A stretch of DNA of 64,000 nt from an uncultured Acidobacteriota bacterium (GTDB taxonomy: Bacteria > Acidobacteriota > Terriglobia > UBA7540). How positions within the stretch are numbered: the stretch's first letter is position 1; every line of letters starts with the position of its first letter. Of this stretch, positions 59,871 through 64,000 are shown one piece after another. The notes under the pieces are model-generated. The model ran no database searches, was not told the DNA's origin, and saw only the letters and a program-made list of their open reading frames with translations. The DNA lies in contig CAWDSK010000001.1 in assembly GCA_963804995.1 (NCBI GenBank), positions 480,001 to 544,000 of the forward strand. The letters run 5' to 3'. The position numbers and the translations under genes are program-made.

Positions 59871-59985
59871 TACTATCGGCTATTCCCCACCTCAACAATA
59901 TGGTTTTTCAGGAGATAAATCGCGTACCCCGAGTTATCTCGGTTACGATAACGAAGAAGCGGGACAAGCTGCCGCCCCCCAGGTG

Positions 59986-61011
59986 CTAAAATCTTACGGG
60001 AATGTCGGAGCCTTGCACCCGGGTATTAGAATAACCATTCTTGCCCAGCATCATGCAGACCGCCATACCTGCCGTAGTCTTGTTGAGGGTTGGGCCGGAC
60101 CGAACGGAGACGATAGGGAGCTTCTTGGTAGGATCGGTCGGAACAAGCTTTACATACGGAACCAGCATTCCTTGGGAGGAGCGGAAGTGGACGGGTATCG
60201 GGGTTTTGCCACCGTCATCGGTGCCCTGCTTGAGTAATTCTCGCTGGCGAACAACAACGCGCCACTCCTTTTCAACCATAAACGCCTCATTCTTAAAACT
60301 CACGATTTCCTCTAGAAGTATGTCTCCTATCACCCTCAGAATTTTGGAGTATCCAAATAAGGGATGGTCACCGATGGTTGCCATTGCTCGGGCCGTATCT
60401 GGACTATCAAAGATTGCGAGCACTGGGTTCAAAATGCCGCTGCATTTCTTAGCTTGCTCGGTCCTGTCATACTCTACTCGCACCCATTTAGATGTATAGA
60501 TATTCGGTTCCGGCTTGAATCCTTGGCCGGTCAGCAGGTCTGGGGCTGGAACCGTGAATCCAAGCGAATAGCCGCCCGATTGGCCGTAGGTCCTCCACTG
60601 GCTTAGCAGGTTGTCGTTCTCGCAGAAACACGCGAGGTAGATTGGGTTGATAACGTTTCTCTTCAGGAGTTCCTCTCCGAACCATTTGTCCAAGCCTCGT
60701 ACCAATCCGAGAGTCAGAGAGTCTTCGGGGCGTGGATTCTTGGCCAGCCAAGCATCCAAGACCTCTTTGAGAACGCCGTAGCCGTAGCTGATCTCAGATG
60801 AATCGTTAAGGAAGTACGCAGATGTCGCCCAAAGTTCATTTTTCTCGATGATTCCCTTTAGCCCATCCGCCGTAGTGTAGTGATAAAGAAGGCCCCTTGG
60901 GGGCATCTGTTTTGGTGTGATAGTTTCTCGGTCACGGTGTAATTTCAGAATGTGATGAAACGCCGTGTTTGCTAGCTCCACCGCGGTTTTGTCGTATTCA
61001 CTGAGCAGCAT
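59986..61011 (-). CDS. DUF2971-domain protein
   Basis: LYHYTT..GL.GII...LWAT...LND.SE; ACFC...NLLSQWR.YG..GGYSLGF; K...F..EKEWR. Confidence 0.85.
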   Translation of the reverse strand: MLLSEYDKTAVELANTAFHHILKLHRDRETITPKQMPPRGLLYHYTTADGLKGIIEKNELWATSAYFLNDSSEISYGYGVLKEVLDAWLAKNPRPEDSLTLGLVRGLDKWFGEELLKRNVINPIYLACFCENDNLLSQWRTYGQSGGYSLGFTVPAPDLLTGQGFKPEPNIYTSKWVRVEYDRTEQAKKCSGILNPVLAIFDSPDTARAMATIGDHPLFGYSKILRVIGDILLEEIVSFKNEAFMVEKEWRVVVRQRELLKQGTDDGGKTPIPVHFRSSQGMLVPYVKLVPTDPTKKLPIVSVRSGPTLNKTTAGMAVCMMLGKNGYSNTRVQGSDIPVRF

Positions 61012-61438
61012 GTTGGTTCGATTTTTACGGAAATTCGTGTGCTGTGCTGGGGTTCTGAGAAGGATCAATTTCACAGGGCGGGTGTTCGGTCTCGAAACTT
61101 ACCCTTCTTGAAACAATAAACAGGAATTAGGGTACCCCAGCGGCAATCGTGCATAGTCAATTTGGATGGGGCACGCCGCCACGGTCGCCCTGTCCAGAGC
61201 AAAATTGTTGTAACTAGACCACCGCCGGAAGAGCCCACGGTCAGGACTGCATTGACCGTGGCTACGCCGCTCTGCCGCTCTCCGCTATCCCTCCGGCCCT
61301 TTCCCCAACACCCCGTCTTGGCGAAGCATTTTGCGAGGCTGCCCTGCGAGCACTTCTGTTGTCCAGCTTGTAGCACCGTGATAGTGTTCGAGACGCTTTG
61401 CACCCTGCTGCCAGCTTGGGATCGGAAAAGGGCAAGAA

Positions 61439-64000
61439 ATGCGACGCAGAAACTTCCTGCAACGATTCGCCGCGCTAGGCGGATGGAGGGGACTTGCGAA
61501 GGGCTTCGTGAAGGCGCAGGGCGTCATCGGACCCTCACAGGCGCCGAAGTCAACGTATCCTGAAGCCGCGTTGCGACCCGTGGGCTTGCTGTGCGAATAC
61601 GCAGTTAATCCCCTGGGAATCGATGTCTTAAAACCGCGCCTAAGCTGGCGACTGGAATCGAGTCAACGCGCGCAAATGCAGGCGGCATATCAAATCCTGG
61701 TGGCAAGAAAGAACCTTGCGGTCAACGCCGGCGACTTGTGGGATTCAGGCAAGATTGCCTCCAACCACTCGATTCAAATTGACTACCAGGGGAAGCCGCT
61801 TGAATCCTTCATGCGCGGTTATTGGAAAGTGCGAGTCTGGGACAAGAGCGGTAACGCTTCGCTTTACAGCGACCCGGCAACCTGGGAAATGGGAATTTTG
61901 AATGAGCGCGCCTGGCAGGCGAAATGGATCTCGGCCAACTATCTTATGGCCGGACCTGCCGCGAACCCGCCCGCTGGGAGTATCGCGCCGCTCTTTCGCC
62001 GGGACTTCCGCGTGCGCGAACTTCCCGAAAGGGCGCGGGCCTACATCTGCGGTCTGGGTTACTACGAACTTTACTTGAATGGCTCCAAAGTGGGAGACCA
62101 GGTTCTCGATCCCGCTCAGACCGACTACGAAAAGCGCGCCTTCTATGTGACCTACGACATAACCGATTCCTTGAAAGTGGGAGAGAATGCGGCGGGCGTG
62201 ATGCTCGGCAGCGGTTGGTTCAACCAGAATCAGGTTTGGAAAAAGGGGAAGTACAGCGTTCCGGGGGGAACCGATTATGGCGTCCCGCGCCTTATCCTGC
62301 AACTTCGTTTTGAATATCGCGACGGAACCGTTGAGACTGTCGTGACCGACGAGAATTGGAAAGTGGCCCCGGGGCCCATCCTCGATAACAACGTTTACGC
62401 CGGAGAGACATACGACGCGCGTCTGGAAATTTCGGGTTGGTCCAAACCCGCCTTCGACGACAAGACTTGGGAACCGGCGCGCCCGGTCGCTTCACCTACC
62501 GCCCGCTTGCAAGCGCAGAGTCTGCCCCCCATCAAAGTCATGCGCATGCTCCGGCCGGTTCGACTGTCCCAACCCCGTCCCGGAGTTTTCGTCTACGATT
62601 TGGGCCAGAACTTCGCGGGTTGGGGAAAACTTCAAGCCACTGCGCCGCGCGGCACAAAGATCGTCCTGCGCTACGCCGAGTCCGTTGCAGAAGATGGCAT
62701 GATCGACCCCGCCAGCACCGGGGTCTTTGCGACCCACGTCGTCCAAACCGATACCTACATTGCCAGGGGCGAGGGAGAGGAAATGTGGGAGCCGCGCTTC
62801 ACCTACCACGGCTTTCGCTACGTCGAGATGACGGGTTTTCCCGGCGCGCCTTCGCTCGAAAGCCTTGAAGGTGTGGTGGTTCACACGGCCGTTCGCAAGG
62901 TGGGTGAGTTCGAATGCTCCGATGCCTTGCTCAACCGGATCCACCAAACCGCGCTGTGGACTGAAGTCAGCAACCTGCACGGCGTCCCCACCGACTGTCC
63001 GGCGCGCGAGAAGTGTGGCTGGCTGGGCGACGCCCAAGTCTGTGGGGAAATGACGATTTTCAACTTTGATATGGCACAGTTCTGGGCCAAGTACTCAGAG
63101 GACATCCACACTTCTGAGGTGCAGGGCTTGCCGGCCATGGTGGCGCCCGGGAAGCGTGAGCGTGAGCTGGCGGCGCCTGACTGGGGGACCGCGGTCGTGC
63201 AGCTTCCCTGGTATGTCTATTTATATTACGGTGACAAGCGTATCCTTACGGAGCATTATGACGACATGAAACGGTGGCTCGACCACTTGCAAGGCTTGGC
63301 GCGCGATTACATCGTCTCCGCAGGCCTCGGAGATTGGTGCCCGCCGGGAAGTGTGAAACCGACAGAGACGCCGGTACCGCTAACCTCCACGGCTTATTTC
63401 TACCTCAACGCGCGAATCATGAGTGCCGTCGCGAAGATTCTGGGCAGAAATGAGGAGGCGGCAATTTACGAAGCGCTGGCGGGCAGGATACGTCAGGCCT
63501 TTACGCGGACCTTCTTCAATACGGCCGGCACGACCTATGGCAGCCAGACCGCGGATAGTCTTGCCCTGAGGTTGGGGTTGGCGCCCGCTGCTCGCGACGT
63601 TCAGGTTGCCGCCGCGCTCGCGCGCAACGTCACGGAGAAACATCACGGCCACTTCTCCACGGGCATCACCGGGAGCCGGTGTCTCTACTGGGCGCTGGCA
63701 GAATACGGCCACGGCAACGTCGCGCTGGAAATCTTGCGCCAGAAAACTTACCCCAGCATTGACAACCTCTTTTCGCTCGGGGCAACAACCTTTTGGGAGA
63801 CCTGGGGTGAGCCGGAACTGGACAAGCAATACGGCCCGCGGTCGCGTAATCACCCTATGCAGGGCGGATTCGACGCCTGGTTCTACCAGGGGCTGGCGGG
63901 GATTTGTCCCGATCCTGAGCAGCCCGGGTTCAAGCACACGATCCTCCGACCGCAAGTTCTGGCCGGCCTCACCCACGTGCGCGCGGAGTACGATTCCATT
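61439..64000 (+). CDS. Tat-exported alpha-L-rhamnosidase (GH78); runs off the window end
   Basis: Not in the ORF track. Manual translation gives MRRRNFLQ...LLCEYAVNPLGID..PRLSW; ARAYICGLGYYEL; YDLGQNFAGW; PRFTYHGFRY; PTDCPAREKCGWLGD; GDW; ATTFWE; SRNHPM. Confidence 0.93.
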   Translation, partial: MRRRNFLQRFAALGGWRGLAKGFVKAQGVIGPSQAPKSTYPEAALRPVGLLCEYAVNPLGIDVLKPRLSWRLESSQRAQMQAAYQILVARKNLAVNAGDLWDSGKIASNHSIQIDYQGKPLESFMRGYWKVRVWDKSGNASLYSDPATWEMGILNERAWQAKWISANYLMAGPAANPPAGSIAPLFRRDFRVRELPERARAYICGLGYYELYLNGSKVGDQVLDPAQTDYEKRAFYVTYDITDSLKVGENAAGVMLGSGWFNQNQVWKKGKYSVPGGTDYGVPRLILQLRFEYRDGTVETVVTDENWKVAPGPILDNNVYAGETYDARLEISGWSKPAFDDKTWEPARPVASPTARLQAQSLPPIKVMRMLRPVRLSQPRPGVFVYDLGQNFAGWGKLQATAPRGTKIVLRYAESVAEDGMIDPASTGVFATHVVQTDTYIARGEGEEMWEPRFTYHGFRYVEMTGFPGAPSLESLEGVVVHTAVRKVGEFECSDALLNRIHQTALWTEVSNLHGVPTDCPAREKCGWLGDAQVCGEMTIFNFDMAQFWAKYSEDIHTSEVQGLPAMVAPGKRERELAAPDWGTAVVQLPWYVYLYYGDKRILTEHYDDMKRWLDHLQGLARDYIVSAGLGDWCPPGSVKPTETPVPLTSTAYFYLNARIMSAVAKILGRNEEAAIYEALAGRIRQAFTRTFFNTAGTTYGSQTADSLALRLGLAPAARDVQVAAALARNVTEKHHGHFSTGITGSRCLYWALAEYGHGNVALEILRQKTYPSIDNLFSLGATTFWETWGEPELDKQYGPRSRNHPMQGGFDAWFYQGLAGICPDPEQPGFKHTILRPQVLAGLTHVRAEYDSI

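Overview
GC-rich bacterial chromosome segment. The gene content and repeat style suggest Acidobacteriota (Terriglobia); this is an inference, since no marker gene is present. From left to right: the 5' part of a TonB-dependent receptor; tRNA-Gly and tRNA-Cys; a CBM9-like exported protein; an AgaR/DeoR-SIS-amidohydrolase-YjbQ cluster; pheA; a TPR protein; TetR; tRNA-Leu; a GT-C glycosyltransferase carrying an in-frame palindromic heptamer insert; an AmmeMemoRadiSam locus (DUF362 x2, AmrS, AmrB-AmrA fusion, membrane spermidine-synthase-like protein) whose soluble members carry export-like signals; argR-argG-argH; a MITE-bracketed GT-C gene; an LssY-C protein; two IS elements (IS1-like with passenger genes, then ISKra4-like) stacked at one target site; an eight-gene Hanks kinase/FHA/adenylate cyclase/PP2C/FHA-ABC signalling cluster; a DHH phosphoesterase; two carbohydrate-active genes split by an IS701/IS4-like element with a 21-bp hairpin target duplication; an att-like non-coding array; a small defence islet (frameshifted restriction endonuclease, methyltransferase, DUF2971); and the 5' part of a GH78 rhamnosidase. 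Intergenic DNA is dense with nested REP/MITE elements and inverted 7-8-mer tandem arrays. Several genes have single-base frameshifts that look like assembly errors. No CRISPR array or rRNA was seen. All family calls come from motif recognition by eye, without database searches.
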